64,000 nt of DNA from Klebsormidium nitens. Taxonomy: Eukaryota; Plantae; Klebsormidiophyceae. Below the pieces are notes generated by a model. It had not been told where the DNA came from. It did no database searches and saw only the letters and a list, made by a program, of their open reading frames with translations. The position numbers and the translations under genes were made by a program. The stretch is from positions 6,024 to 70,023 of the forward strand of contig DF237185.1 of NCBI GenBank assembly GCA_000708835.1, in the 5' to 3' direction. Shown here piece after piece: positions 20,873 through 34,400 of the stretch (position 1 is the stretch's first letter; every line of letters begins with the position of its first letter).

Positions 20873-21404
20873 CTTGACCGGCTGCCCAATCCGCACAGCC
20901 TTCACCCCGAGCTCCAACAGCCCCTTGAGCAGATTGTCCACCGCGACGTTGCTGCAAGAGCGATCGGCGCGAAAGGTACTCCTTTTGTCACCCTGAAAAT
21001 ACGATTGATAAAGAGTATCCAAACAATAAAAGGTCTCTGAGAGGACCAAATTGTCGGCGGTCACTTTCTCTTGGAAATGGGTCAGTTTCGCATGCGTCAG
21101 CTTGACGCCCCCAATCAAGGATCAGTTTGAAAATATGCAGATAACAAAATGTCCTCAAGCACAGTAAAAGCTAACTTTGTCACGGCATCACGGCTCTGCG
21201 CAGCTGTAGAATCAGAAGTTTGGTCGCCACGTGAGACAGCAGTGCTAGCCACAACCGTCTTTCGCATCACTGCAGCCCAGAAGTTGGATCTGGTTAGCGA
21301 GCGTTTTAAGGTACCTGTCCGCGCCACGATGGGCTTGTATTCGCGCGCCAACAGCTTCTTGGACAGCAGCAGGAAGCGGAGCAGAGTGCAGGTCTTTCTC
21401 GTCC
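20873..21404 (-). pseudogene. UPF1-like (SF1B) helicase remnant
   Basis: Exon-like pieces 21404-21315 (GTRKT, a degenerate Walker A GTGKT) and 20951-20873 (SNVAVDNLLKGLLELGVKAVRIGQPVK). A small deletion lies before the donor, and no other exons were found. Confidence 0.55.
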
Positions 21405-22258
21405 CTACGCAACGCACAATCCTCTGAAAAGGAAGAAGAAAAGTGAACAGTCGTTGAGAGATAGAGAAGAGACAGACATACTATGAGCAGGACAGTCTGT
21501 ATGCCTATGCAAGGCCGGATAAACTTCCAGTGGAGAGTTGGCGCCGTGAACTATGATAGGTATCTAAATTGGGGCGATTCGGGCGGAACCTCGCCAAGTT
21601 CCGGTCTCACATGCTCTCAACATGTTGTGGTCGGGGGTTAACCGACGGCCTTTCGACGGGTCGGTCCAATGGCAATCCTTTTTGCCAGGGGGGGGTATGA
21701 GACCGTATGACTTGGCGCCCCCTGATTGGCCCTCGTTTTAGTCCGAACTTCATTTGGCTTGCTGAAAAATGAGTCTGCCCGAAGTGCCACGTGCGCGGTA
21801 GGATAGAAAATCCCAGCTAGCACCAATCACTGAATAAGTGCATCACCCTCAATGATGCTTTGACTTTCATGCATATGGGGGCGTCCCTTCAAGACTCGAG
21901 CTGATCGAAGGCATTCGCTGGCAGTTCCTACATTCACGACACCTCATGGGGTTTACTCTGGGCAGGGACCGCCAAAGGTTTGAATGGCAGGCTGCAGCTT
22001 TTCTAGTGTGTGCTCATGTAGCGAACCAAGCGCGCTAGCAAAAGGCTTAAATTACTAGGCTCACCCTTCAATATTACAGATTCAAGTCAATTAACTTTCA
22101 TTCTAAACACTGTAAGAGAGAGCTCGAGCGACGGCATATGCCCCGCATGTGCTTTTGAAGCGAGCTGACGTTCTACATTGAATACAGCAACTTTATCAGT
22201 TCGTTCTAGCTGCTAGGGGTAGCAGGCTGCTGAGCTCTAGTTTTGCAAAGATTGGAAG

Positions 22259-25200
22259 ATGGGGTGTGTACGTGCAATATCCTTCCGCGTTCGCTTGTCG
22301 CTCCTGCTAGCTGCCCAGTGTGCCGCATTTGTGCTTCTGTTTGCTTCAGTGGCATTGGCCCAGACCACTTCACTGAGCCAGCTGGAACAGCAACTAGAGG
22401 GGGCACCAAACTACAGCAAGTTCTTGCAAGTGCTGCGGACCGATGACGTCGTGTCGAGTGTCCTAGGGCCAGGGGGATCGCTGGACAACAAGACGGTGAG
22501 AGAGCATGCATTGACAAACTTGGCATGTTGCTTTCGTAGAATTCTCCAATGCCATGCGTTTAAAATGATCCTGGAACGTTTTTATCAAGGAGGAATGGGC
22601 CCCGCAGGTTATCCATAGGTGAAGTACCGTACCGGCAAGGGAATTCAACATAAATAAATATTTTGGGGTCAGTGTGAAAAAATATAAACCACTTGTGGCC
22701 CCGACTGTGAAAAGGTGAAACCATGACCTTTTCAAAAAATGGTCATTTCCGGCTGTTTTCAGTGTGGAAAAAGCGAAAAAACCTCTTGTGTGAAATGAAA
22801 AATATATTCTCATTGCGCACGGTGAAACCTCAGGATGAACGAAATTAAGTTTTCACACCAAAAGGTGGTGAATTCCCTTGCCGGTACGGTATTGGAGCTA
22901 GCAGCTTCTGCGACAAGGAATTGGGGCTTCTTAATAAGCTGCCATCCTGTGGTCAGGTCAGAAGTTGTCAGCTGCTAACAGCGCACATGCATGGTCATTT
23001 TGAGCCTCTTGTGAAGAGCCCCAGCCCTGTTCTTCTCCAGACATGGGCCCCATTAGTGTCTCTTTGGAAACACTTGCCCTATCAGGAACCAGAACCAGTT
23101 TATGCTTGTTAAGGATACCATCCCCTCAAGGTCATCTCAGACACTGCAGGCTGATTACAGACGAGAGCCAACTGTCAGAGTGTTTTAAACACCGGACAGC
23201 GCTTGTATTGCCTTGCTAATCAATTGAACTCAAATGGCATGGGACTCTTGGGGCATCATATTGAGTATAAATTCTTTTTCGCCCCTGACCTGCAGAAATA
23301 TCACAATTCTCTGGGCATAGCATGTAAGACATATTGGCGTAGCCATAAGATTTATTTGGCACCTATTTCTGGTCAGGGATTTTGCCCACGATGATGGGCG
23401 TCAGACACAAGGCCCTGTACAAGCCACTCAAGAAGACATAAGTAATCGAAAAAAAGTTCACAAACTGCCAAAAGCTCGACGTCATGAACAAACAATTTGT
23501 TGTCAGGCTATCTTTCCCGCAGATTTTTGCTTTTGACAATGCGGCCGACACGCCTCGCTGGGATTACAACCTGACGCTTGTTCAGTGCGGGCTGAATGAC
23601 CCCACACACGGTGCATTGAGAGCCGTCCTTGCGTTCAATATCATCGAGGGGAAGTACACGTTTGCCCAACTCCAAGCTCTGACAAAGGGGCAAACATTTT
23701 TTGCGCCCACAGGTGAGCTACCTCTTTTGTGGTTGTAACTTGGTCTTCTTTGCTTCCTTGTCTTTGCAGGTTCTGTAGTGCAAGCTGCCACTTCAGGGGG
23801 AAACCTGAGAGCACATGGATTGCTAGCTGGAGCTGAGGTGAGGTTCCATGACAAAGAAGATAGCAGGTTGCTTGGATGCGGGAGTATCGCAGACTGGAGA
23901 GGAATGTGGAAGTGGCTGAGTGTCTGCTAACCAGGTTTTTCTCAAGACAGAAGAAAGGAATGAGCAATTCAAATAAATACACACAAGAAACATATCTTTG
24001 CCACAAGAATCTCAAGTAGATTGTTGTAAGCGATATCAGAGCCAGTCGTTGACTGTAGCCTGAGCTGGTCCGGCTATGTCAAACCACATGACCGTGTTGG
24101 AGTGGAAGCTGGCTCAATCGGTCAGGCATGACCTGTATCATTCTACTAAGTCGATTTGCAACGTAGTGGGGGCCAAAAGATATGTGTTGAACAAAGGGGT
24201 TCAGATATTGCTTGGTTGGGTCCAGCAGTCATCGTGTTAGTCGAAGAGGAGTTGCGTTTCAACAGGTAGGCTATCAGCCGAAACAAACTTGAAAGCAAGG
24301 ACTGCTCGATGCGTTCCGCACTTTTCTTTGTTGGACACATATTCAGAAATCCCCATCAAACGAACTTTCAACAATCGATCCACTTTATGAACCTGATAAG
24401 TCTCTTAAGTATTGTGACGCCCTCATCTTGCAGCGGGGTATGTTCGTATCATCGACAGCGCCTCGTTGGGCGAGATCGTCGACCCTGATCTAGTTGACGA
24501 TCCGACGCTTTCCGTCCACGGAGTCAACAGCATCGATTACTTCAGGTACCCCGCCGCGCCGGACGGCTTAGTCATTACCTGCACTTCCCAGGGTGAGTTT
24601 CAGGGTTATTATTCTATGGGTTCAGGATTGAGGTTGTAGGCTTGTCTCGTTTCGCGAGACAATAGATATGTGATGCAGCGTTACACATGAGCTTTCATGC
24701 TTTACCTTCCTCTTCTTTGTGCACTTGCCCGTCAACCGCATTCAGCGTATCTGGAGAACGCAAAGTCAGTCCCGAGGCAGCTGGTTTTTTCCAAAAATTC
24801 CAGAGGGTTACCCCTTCCAGGTTATAGTATCTGTGGCCGGGTTTCTTTGAGTCAGGGCTGATTTGAGGGTACGTCCGAGTAACCACGTTTTAGTTCCTCT
24901 CCTTTCTCGACGCTGTTCAGGACCCTATAGTAGCTACTATACGCCCCAGAGCAAAATGTTCCTTTCGCTTCCGCTTGCATCAATCGTTAGTCGCCTTGAT
25001 TCATTCACGCCAAGCTGGAGGTTTCCAAATCCATTTAAAGCGCTTGCCCTTGTGCTACTTTCAACCGCGAGTCCTCGCCTTGGGCCGGCGTTTCCTTGCT
25101 TCTCTATGCTGTCTTTACCATCAGCGTTTTCAGCAGCCCACCGAGTTGACCCGTAAAGTATTCAGGACATCCATAACCCTCTGCATTCTCCGCGAAATTG

Positions 25201-28200
25201 CAAGAGCGTCTGATCTCGACAAGATTACATGGCTGCCTGACGAACGCTTGTTTTGGAACAATCGTGGGCATGTGCTCCATTACATAGAACCGAAATAGCA
25301 GCCAAACTTGTACGGCCGTATCCGCTTTAAGCGATCGGGTCTGCCGGGCAGTCAACTCAGTCAGAGGATTCCGAAATGCTGATGCAAGCTCCTGCCATGA
25401 AACGAATGGGAAAACGAATGGGAAGAATCACGACTCTGACAAACCCGCCGTGCCTGCAGCCAATCCTTGCTACGGCTACCCGGCGAATCCGTGCGTCAGC
25501 CAGGACCGGAATGCGTTGTGCCAGAACCCCGAGTTTGGCGTGGCGGTTTGCGTCTGTAGCCCCGGGTTCACGGGGACGCCCTGTGTTCCGGGTAAGCCCA
25601 TACCGTTTATGTCTCGCTTCGTATGAGTCTGGATTTTCGTATTCTTATCGCTCGTTTCCTCGCACATCAAAGAGCACCCCTGTTCTGGGTTCATTTGATA
25701 CCCACCTTCATACGGCTTCACGATTTTAGGTTCTAAGCGCCCGGCAGATGCACTATTATCAGAGTCATCCGGTCCCTTGAGCGTGTTTAAAGAAAGAGAA
25801 CTCTTGAAATGGCCAGCTGATCTTGATGGAAAACATCCTGCGTTTCTAAGCATCTATGCGCCCGCGTCCAAGGCACCCCGACGACGTCTCAAACGGGCCG
25901 GAGTCCTCCTGTCTCAGCCATCCGCTTTTAACTTCCCGCTGTCTTTCCATCTTTCAAAACGGCAGTCATGCATGACGCTCGACAAGGCGCTGCTAAGTGA
26001 TTTTCGACTTGAGGGGTGCTGGAACCAGACTTGTCGCGAGATCCTGACGCCCCAAAGAATTCTTGACCATATTGGGGTTGTTGGCGCCACATCCGCTCTT
26101 CCTCAGTTCCTCAACATACTCTCCATCAATTCATCGTAACGGTCTCTGTCGAGGTTTTTTGAAACTGTTTGCAGACTTTTTCTTCACCTTGATTCCTCCC
26201 TAGATATAGGCTCCAAGCTGACATGAGTTACTTCTATCATGAGCGCTTTTCGGGTCTTCTTCGACGGTCCTGTAACCTCGAGACAAACCTCAATTTCATT
26301 CTTTTCCTCCCCCGCAGTCTCCGGCCCAGTCTCACCCCCTACGGGCGACCAAGGCGTCTGCGGAACGGGTGCTGCGGCCGCCTTCCCGACGCGCTGTCAT
26401 TTCAACAACGACCCTCAGGGGCGTTACGTCTGTTGCGACCAGTCCGGCTGTAACGGCTTTAACCCGCCCGATAACCTGTTTCCCCACTGCGCTAACAACG
26501 GATACGTGCCCCCCGGTTATGGCATCTCTTCGTCGGGGGGGCCGCCGCCGAGCCCGAGTCCACCCCCCAGCGGGAACCAAGGTGGGTTGTGTGGGCTGCT
26601 AGAGTTTATCCTGCTTCATAAGCAAAAGCGAATGTTTTACTTATACCAGACCTCACGCAGACGATTCACGAAGGAGGTCCTGAAAACCTTTCCTGGAGAC
26701 CAGCTTGCCTTTCGTTCTTTGCGGTTTTCGGCAACCCCGCTTCCGAGGCCCCAGACTTCGTATTCTGATCTTGTACCACGTGCACGAGAGAGTTGGGAAG
26801 GCCTTGAGATTACACGCAGACGAAATACTTGAATCGCCAACCTTTCTTTTCCGATCAAGCTTCTGAGACCAAGCCTGACGCCCGGCGGAGCTCTCCGAGG
26901 ATTCTCGAGTCACTACACGCGGGGAGTTATTGAACGGAACGCTTTGCATTCTCGGTGGGCGCGTCAGAAAGCGACCTCCGTGTGATGAGCGCGAGCGTCG
27001 AAATCATATCGAAGGGAGTCTTGAAATTCTTGTACGGAGAAGCTGAATTCGTTTCCAAAACCTCTTTCTGCGGTTTCACGCTTTCCTGCACCAAACGAAG
27101 GTGCGAGTTCATGGTCTAGACTAGCAAAGCTGATGAATACGGCTCCCTCGTTCTTTCCTCCCTACACTTAAACACTCTTCTTCCGTTTACTTAGAACCAT
27201 AAGACAGCAGGCCCCTTCCACGTTAAAAGGTACAAATGCCTCCTACAAAGACACTAATCACGTCCTCTTTTCTTTCTTCTCAACGGCTACAACCTGACTA
27301 CGGCTTTTGAACGGTTGAGTCTGCTCAGCATTCCACGGCACGGCGCCGTCTCTGCCTTCGATAGCCACCGTGCCTCTACTAACCAAACGCTAGGTCAACG
27401 AATCTGTTCTTTTCAAACAGAAGGCACAATAACGGGCACGCTTCCGGGCTCATATATGGGCTTCTTCCTTCGCAGGCGTCTCGGAAGAAGCGGCGCGGCC
27501 GCTTTCCCAAAGCGCTGCCCCTCGACGGTTAACGCACGGGCACTGTTGTGGCATCAAAACATCAGAACATCAGGAAATCACGATTCAATAAGATCAAGGC
27601 TCATTGAGAAGACTGGACTTGGTTCTAAAGCTGTCCTTAAACCCGGCATCAAGACATCCGGAGATAAGGACATCAAGGTTCAACGAGATCGAGGCTAATT
27701 ACAAACATGGACTTGATCCTGTCCTTCAAAAGCAGTTGTCTTTTTCGCAGGCGTCTGCGGAACGGGCGCCGCGGCCCGCTTTCCTAAAGCGCTGCCCCCA
27801 AGCGAAAGTCCAGGCGCCATGCTGACATCAAGACATAAGGACACAAAGAACATCAGGACATTGTGGTACAGCGAGATCGATGCTCAATAGCGGAGACAGA
27901 CGTAATTGTTTCCAGGAGAATGGTCTCCAAAAGATGACTTTCTTTACAGGCGTCTGCGGAACGGGCGCCGCGGCCGCCTTCCCGACGCGGTGTTACTTCA
28001 ACAGCGACCCCCAGGGGCGTTACGTCTGCTGCGACCAACTGGGCTGCGACGGCTTTAACCCGCCCGATAACCTCTTTCCTCACTGCGCTAACAAGGGATA
28101 CGTGCCCCCCGGTTATGGCGTTTCCGGCGGTACCCCGGTGCCTAACCCCGGCCCACCAACCGCTACCGGCGATCAAGGTCAGCGGCGCACTCAAATGCAG

Positions 28201-29908
28201 GATCAAGTGCGGGGATACTGTGTTGGAGGAAATTCAAAGAAAAGCTGACGTCGCAGTCATCGGAGTCCGGTTACGGAGGTCATTGTGTTGGCGTTAAGCT
28301 TGGATTTGATGTCGCTCTCGAGAAATAGAGGGTTCGGTCGCTCAGGGGTCGCTTACAGCTGAGAAGGTTCTGGCGATCGTGCGGCTCACTCCGCTGCCTT
28401 ATTCCGGCCATTTGAGAAGAAGACAATCTGCTTGATTGACAATCATTTGAAAGGCAGCTTCCAAATGAGCTGCAGGGCTCCTCAAACATAAGCCATTCGT
28501 GCTGGCTTAAGTTCTGCGAGAGAATACGGTCTTGAGAAAGATACGGCTTGGCCTCAGCTCTCATGTAATAACCCTCTAGATGAAAGCCCTCAAAAGAGTG
28601 TGACTGCATCGAGGACCAACGGGGCTCGCTATGGTTGATTGCGGGTCGTAGCGTACTCGCCGCTACTGTGGCTTTTCGTTCGGAAGCATGCTATTATGCT
28701 CCTATGCAAGCTTGCCAGAATAATAACGTCCGCCTTTTCGGTCGTTCCGCAGGCGTTTGTGGAATTGGAGCTGCAAGCGTCTTCCCCGTGCGGTGCTGGT
28801 ATAACAACGACCCCCAGGGGCGCTACGTGTGCTGCAATAACCAGGGGTGCGACGGTAAGACGTTACCAAGCGGCTTTCTTATTTGACGGACACAGAGTGG
28901 ATAACAATGTTTTAGCTACTGTAGATGGTAGATCTGGACGGCGCTTTCGGTCAGATCGTGACTGGCAGGACGAGAATTTCAATGGAGCTCCTATCCAACG
29001 ATATCACAACGACCTCCAGTGGCGCTTATGTGTGCTGCGATAGCCAGGGATGCGAAGGTAAGGCGTCATCAAACGGCTTTCTTATTTGACGAACACACGA
29101 TGTCCAACAGCTTTTTAGCTAAATGGTAGATCGAGACGGCACGTTCGGCTAGATTGACTGTCGGGGACAGAGTTACAGTTGAGCTCCTATCTAACGGTAT
29201 CACAACGACCTCCAGGGGCGCTACGTGTGTCGTGATAACCAGGGATGCGACGGGAAGGCGTCGCGGCAATCCACGCTTTCTTTCGTTGCGGACAACGCTA
29301 AGAAAGGGTTTGTCGGACCGTCAGACTCGAACCCAGACCCTGACGTTGAGATACTTTTTGATTGAGGAAGAAATTACCTGACGTAGAAAGAGGATCTCTT
29401 CAAGAAGGGATTCTGTTGACGAGATAGACACACTTTTGGACGGCGCTTCCGAACATTCTGACTGAGCCGAGATTCCAGACTAACATATGCATTTCAGGGG
29501 CTTTCATGAGAATCACATTCGGACTGCCCAGAATTTATGCCTAGCTGCCCTGTCCGAGAAAGACCTTTTCAGAGGTCCCAAAAGTTAGATACTCCCTATC
29601 AGTCCTACTTGCGCTAGGTTGATACTCGCTTGTTGGATCCTCTCTTCTTGAGGTGGGCAGAAGCTGAATGACCTGCACTCCAAGCATGGTCTTTCTGGCT
29701 TTACCGTCGCGCTTCGGATCCATTCAAAATCTTACGTCAGACTGACAGCGCAGTTCGAGCTCGACTCCCAAGTAGGCGATTGCAAGCATTCTGCTCTTAC
29801 GTGTGGGCCCCTTGGAAACTGACTCTTAAGTTGCGCGCAGGTTTCAACCCTCCCGACTACGTTCTCCCCCACTGCAAGAACAACGGGTATGTGCCTCCCG
29901 GAATCTGA
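22259..29908 (+). CDS. Secreted fasciclin (FAS1) + EGF-like + three six-cysteine repeats protein
   Basis: In-phase exons: 22259-22495, 23523-23712, 24434-24592, 25460-25591, 26318-26581, 27950-28177, 28753-28854, 29841-29908 (a small additional exon is possible). Signal peptide; FAS1 motifs TIFAFDNAA and PDL…SVHGVN; EGF NPC…C…VCVCSPGFTGTPC; repeats GVCGTGAAAAFPTRC…CC…C…HC. Confidence 0.82.
22627..22889. mobile_element. MITE, Tc1/mariner-pogo type
   Basis: Perfect 21-bp TIR CCGTACCGGCAAGGGAATTCA / TGAATTCCCTTGCCGGTACGG flanked by TA on both sides (22625-26, 22890-91), with an AT-rich non-coding interior, in intron 1 of the FAS1 gene. Confidence 0.9.
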
Positions 29909-31482
29909 GGACAAAATGTTCAGAACAGCTCGATTATTGAGATGACCGGAAAGAAGGGGATTCTCAGTCTTGAGTCTCCGGTAGCAAGCGGCTTCTTAAT
30001 CAAGTAAACTCGGCTTACTGCACGTAGGCTTCTTGTGTGTGTAGAGTATTTACCTGACCAGCAGGTTGAAAGAATCTTCAGGTCGGAAGTCGTCACAGTC
30101 TCACTTGCGGGCCACCGTCCCAACCAGAGAGCGTTTTGGTTAACAGCTAAACCTCTAACGAAATAAATCTGTTATACTTGTAGTATAGATTTGAGACGGT
30201 GTACCTATATAGAGATTGAAGCCGTATAGGCGGCCGCCTACTAATCTGGCACCATGATTCTTACAAACGGGTGTCAAGGAGAACTCTGTACGTTATAGAC
30301 TATTGGCCCTTGTGTGCGTTCCACCCGGCCTGCTATGCAGTACTGAAAACAGCTTGACAGGCCCATCGTTACGGCATGCCAAACTAGCAGGTGGTTTCAA
30401 GAAAACCTCGGGCCCTGGTCCTGGCATGCTATGATGCAACACCTTTCAATGCAGCATGACTGGCATTGAGTTGGTGTTCAGCTTAAAGTTGCAAAATATT
30501 ATATGGATATTCCGCATGCATCTTACTTCCATGAGCGCGGCGGCGCGGCCAAGCTTAGCTCCTCTGCTCTGGCCGCGGGCATGCAACGTCAGTGTCCGTC
30601 CGACGCGCCTAGCTTGCAAGCGGCCAGAACTTACCGTCCTGAAGAGACGCGGCGGCGGCGTCGATATATACAATTGAATTCACCAGCGCGAGGTCACTAG
30701 TACTTCTATTATACTGGCCATAGCACTAACTCTAACTGGCGCGGCACGCGCGCCACACTGGGATCGACGGTTTGCATTTGAACTAACGGCGTTCATCATT
30801 ACGTACATGCAGAAGGTAAACATATGTCCCTATATAAATACAATGCTTCGCGTACAAACAGCCCTTCTTAGTGCAGCTAGGCCTGCGCCGCGGGCTTGAT
30901 TCAAACTTGCATGAGCGGCCGGAGAGTACGGTTTTCGGGGGTTACGCAGTCAAGACTGAAGACACGTCGGTACCTATCTCCAAAGCCTGCCTGAAGCCGG
31001 CAAATTGTTAGATCAGTGATGGTCCGACACATTAGTACTAGCTCACTTATCGACGTACAATGGTATACCTAGCAGTACATGCAGCTGCTAGTAGAGCAAC
31101 TTACTTCAAAGATGCAACTAGGGATTAACAACTCAATCACTCGCTAGAAACAATCAGTTTCTTACTCCGCACTGCTGGTTACTCACTACCACAAAGTGTG
31201 TAACAGTCACCCTACAGTCGGGAGTCAACTCGCTAAAAATATCCTTCTAGACATGGGCCTATCCTACACAACTCTTCTATTTCTGCACCGTTGCTTCTCT
31301 CGATCTGTACTCCGTTGAGCTCAGTCTGCAATAGCGGCAAGACTATGCGACCTGCTTTCAACAACTATTCTACAAAACGGTGACTCAACGAACTTCGCCA
31401 CTACGCTGCAGCCGGGATCGAGAGCCCGCTACGGCATACAAGTTACAAATCCGTGATCACTCAACTACGACATCTGCAAAGC

Positions 31483-34400
31483 TCAATTGAGCTTGAACCA
31501 ATGGCAGTCTTTCGCGGAGCTCCTGAGCAAACGAGTGCGAAAGACGGCCTGCTGCTCCGGCGTCTTCAAGCAACGCGGCACCTTATACTGAGCCGTGTCG
31601 GTGCCCTTTTCCACTTTCCAGGCCCTGAATTCGTCGAACGCTCCCCTCTTCACTAAGCAGATTTCGGCCGTGCCTATTTGCGCTCGCAGTCTATAATGTA
31701 CGTAATCCGGGTTCTTCTGCAGAGACGCATCGAAAGCATCCGCACAGGCGCCCAGAATTTCTTCCATGACCGTTTCTTCATTTCCGTTGACTTCAACGAA
31801 AACGGAATACCGCTCAGGATCTGCTTCCGTATCGATCGCAACAGTGTAATCCAAAACTCTGCCGCTTTCCGCCGGCAACCACTTTTCCATCTCCCCAATT
31901 GCAACCGCTAAATCCTTTTCTGTTACCTTCTCAGGCTTGGCGGTTATCGTCAACATCCCCCGGCGGTACTCATACTGCACCTGCGGCAACCCGTGCCAAA
32001 ACCCGGTCACCTTAACCACGTCCTCTAACCCGTAACGGTACAGCCCCGACACGTTCGTCAGCACGAGTTCGTAGCTCCTTGCCTCCTCTAGTTCGTGCAA
32101 AAGCTTGGTTACCGGTTCATCGCCCTCGGCTTGGTCCAACGGAATGAACTCCCAGAAGACCGCTCGGGGAATGATGGTATAAGCAACATCTCGTGGGTGG
32201 GTTTTGAGATCGAGGCAGACCCCGATCGTCGACGGTTCGCTGGCGGCATAAAAGGGCGTGAGAAGCTGCACGGAAGGACCTGCGGGGGGGAGAGGAGAAC
32301 GTCAAATACTGGACCGGAAGCAGAACGGAACCGGAATCGATCGGAATGAGCACGTTTGGCCGGCATGAGACGTTGCACGGAGGGACCTGCCAGGGAAGAG
32401 CGGAGAACTCTACACGAAAGAAGTGGATGCGAAAGTGGACTGGAACTATGAACGACGAAAATGGATGCGAAAGTGGATTGCAATGGGACTGAGAAGCGCT
32501 GGCTTCGTAGAAGGGCGTGGAATGTGCTCAGGCAAGGTTGGCGGAACGGAGATTTGCCAAATGAAGGACCGGAATCTAGAGGCAAAGCGCACCGGAACGA
32601 GATTCTCAGGCCGGCGGGTCCATTTCAGGGCAGAGAATATTTTGGTGGATGACGACTCGTTGGAGCGTAGCAGGGCGTGAAAGGGCAGACGGCGGTTCGA
32701 CGAAGGAGGACGTCCACGTACAGCGGAACGGAAGGTAAGAACGGAATGCAAGGAGCGGATCGAAACCGCTGCTCGGTAGGTACTGTTGAACTAGAAAAGG
32801 GGGAGTGCAAGGAACCGGTGTTATCGGTAAGGGCGCGAGGAGCTACACGGTCGAACCTGCGACGAACTAAAGAGGTGCGGAGGACAGGAACGGAAGCACG
32901 AAGCAAATTTGACACAGCAACACAACCAGAATCTGCACAGCCGGACCTGTAGCGAAACGGAAGAACGTGACACAGAAACCGAAGTCGTACGGAAACAGAT
33001 ACTCTTCAACGCTTCAGCAGGGCTCGACTCGAAAGGCTCCGTACTTTGATCAGAGGGGATGCAAGACTTCGTAGAAGCAACAGGACAGCAGAGCTTGAAA
33101 ACGGCCAGAAAGCAAACGTGACTTTTCAGCGAAAGAATAGAAGACGGAAAGGCGGGCAAATTGGAAACTGACGCAGGCGAAAGGCAACTCTCGAAGCAAG
33201 GTGCCTGTTTCAGAGCTAGTCAACGTCGTTTGTACTCTGCGAACGTCTGCCAATGCGACCACTTTAGAATGCAATTCCCACCTGCAAACTTCTCCATCAG
33301 CGGTACGTACTGCAGCATGCTCCCGGTACACACCGCCTGGACCGAGTACACCGCCGGGAAGACGCGTGGCAAGATTCCGTCGAAGCCCCGCCGGAATTCC
33401 GCCTCGAGAGCGGAAGCGCCCTCGGGCTGCGCGCGCACTTTCTTCTCGACCGCGGACCGGAGAGCGCTCTCGGGTACCATGTCCGGGTTGACCGTGCCGT
33501 TGCGGAGATCGCTGACTAAGCTGCAGTTGAGAATAAAACCTATTAAGAGCACGGCAGAGTGTCAACATAAAGGCAAATGCCGGTCCGAGTTATTGGATCT
33601 GGTCGCTTGAGGCCTCGAAACCCGAAATGCTACGTCTTTGCTTGGTCTCGATGAGGGTTTGCAGCTGGCAATTATGGTTTTGCTTCGACGGACAGAAAGG
33701 AAGACGAGAACCTCAGTCGAGAGACGCCGGCCCTAGAACAAGCACTACAGATTGCCCGGTGATCGATGAACGGTTCAGAAACCGAACAGAACAGCTTTAC
33801 CACTCAGAGATTTGATAGGACCTTCAAGCAAAACCGCTGACTCGCGCAGCTTCGAATCATATGCTTGCAGTAGAGTAAAACAGCATATGTAAATGAAGCT
33901 CAAACCGAACCAACACGTTGAGTTGGATCTCCAACGGGGTACGGCTGTTGAGAAACTATGTATCATCAAACAGACGACGAAATCGACGTCGATCTACTGC
34001 TGGTAATTGAGAATAGCCTCGCCTTATGCGGTTATTCCTCATCCTAAGGACGCGAATCCACTCTCAGGCCCAAGCACCAACGAGGCGCCGTCGTGTATTC
34101 GCCCAACGGCGCACTCTGTTGCAGAACCGGAAACACTCTGGTCTTGAAAGTTTGCCTCAACAAGACCGAACCTGACTCTTCCTCACGCTTCTCCTGGAGC
34201 CCACTGTTCGAGACGTTGGAAATATACCATATCGGAAAGATCTCAATGTCTCGTTTTCTCGCGCAAACAAGCATGCAGCAAACGCAAGCCGGCCAAAAGG
34301 ACGGGACGCGCGCTTGCGCTCGAGATCGCTCCGGAATCCGCTCCGCTTGCTCTCTTGTAGCTGCAGTTTCGAGACGACGGTTTGCGAAACTGTGACACTT

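Noticed and set aside
23770-23837. Candidate extra FAS1 exon (GSVVQAATSGG…)
   Set aside because: It starts in phase 1 but ends in phase 0, which is incompatible with the next phase-1 exon.
30500-30900. GC hairpins resembling Helitron 3' ends (also at about 45875)
   Set aside because: No hairpin is followed by a clean CTRR|T end and no matching 5' TC end was identified.
32290-33200. ORFs and GAACGGA-rich repeats
   Set aside because: Low-complexity GH3 intron sequence.
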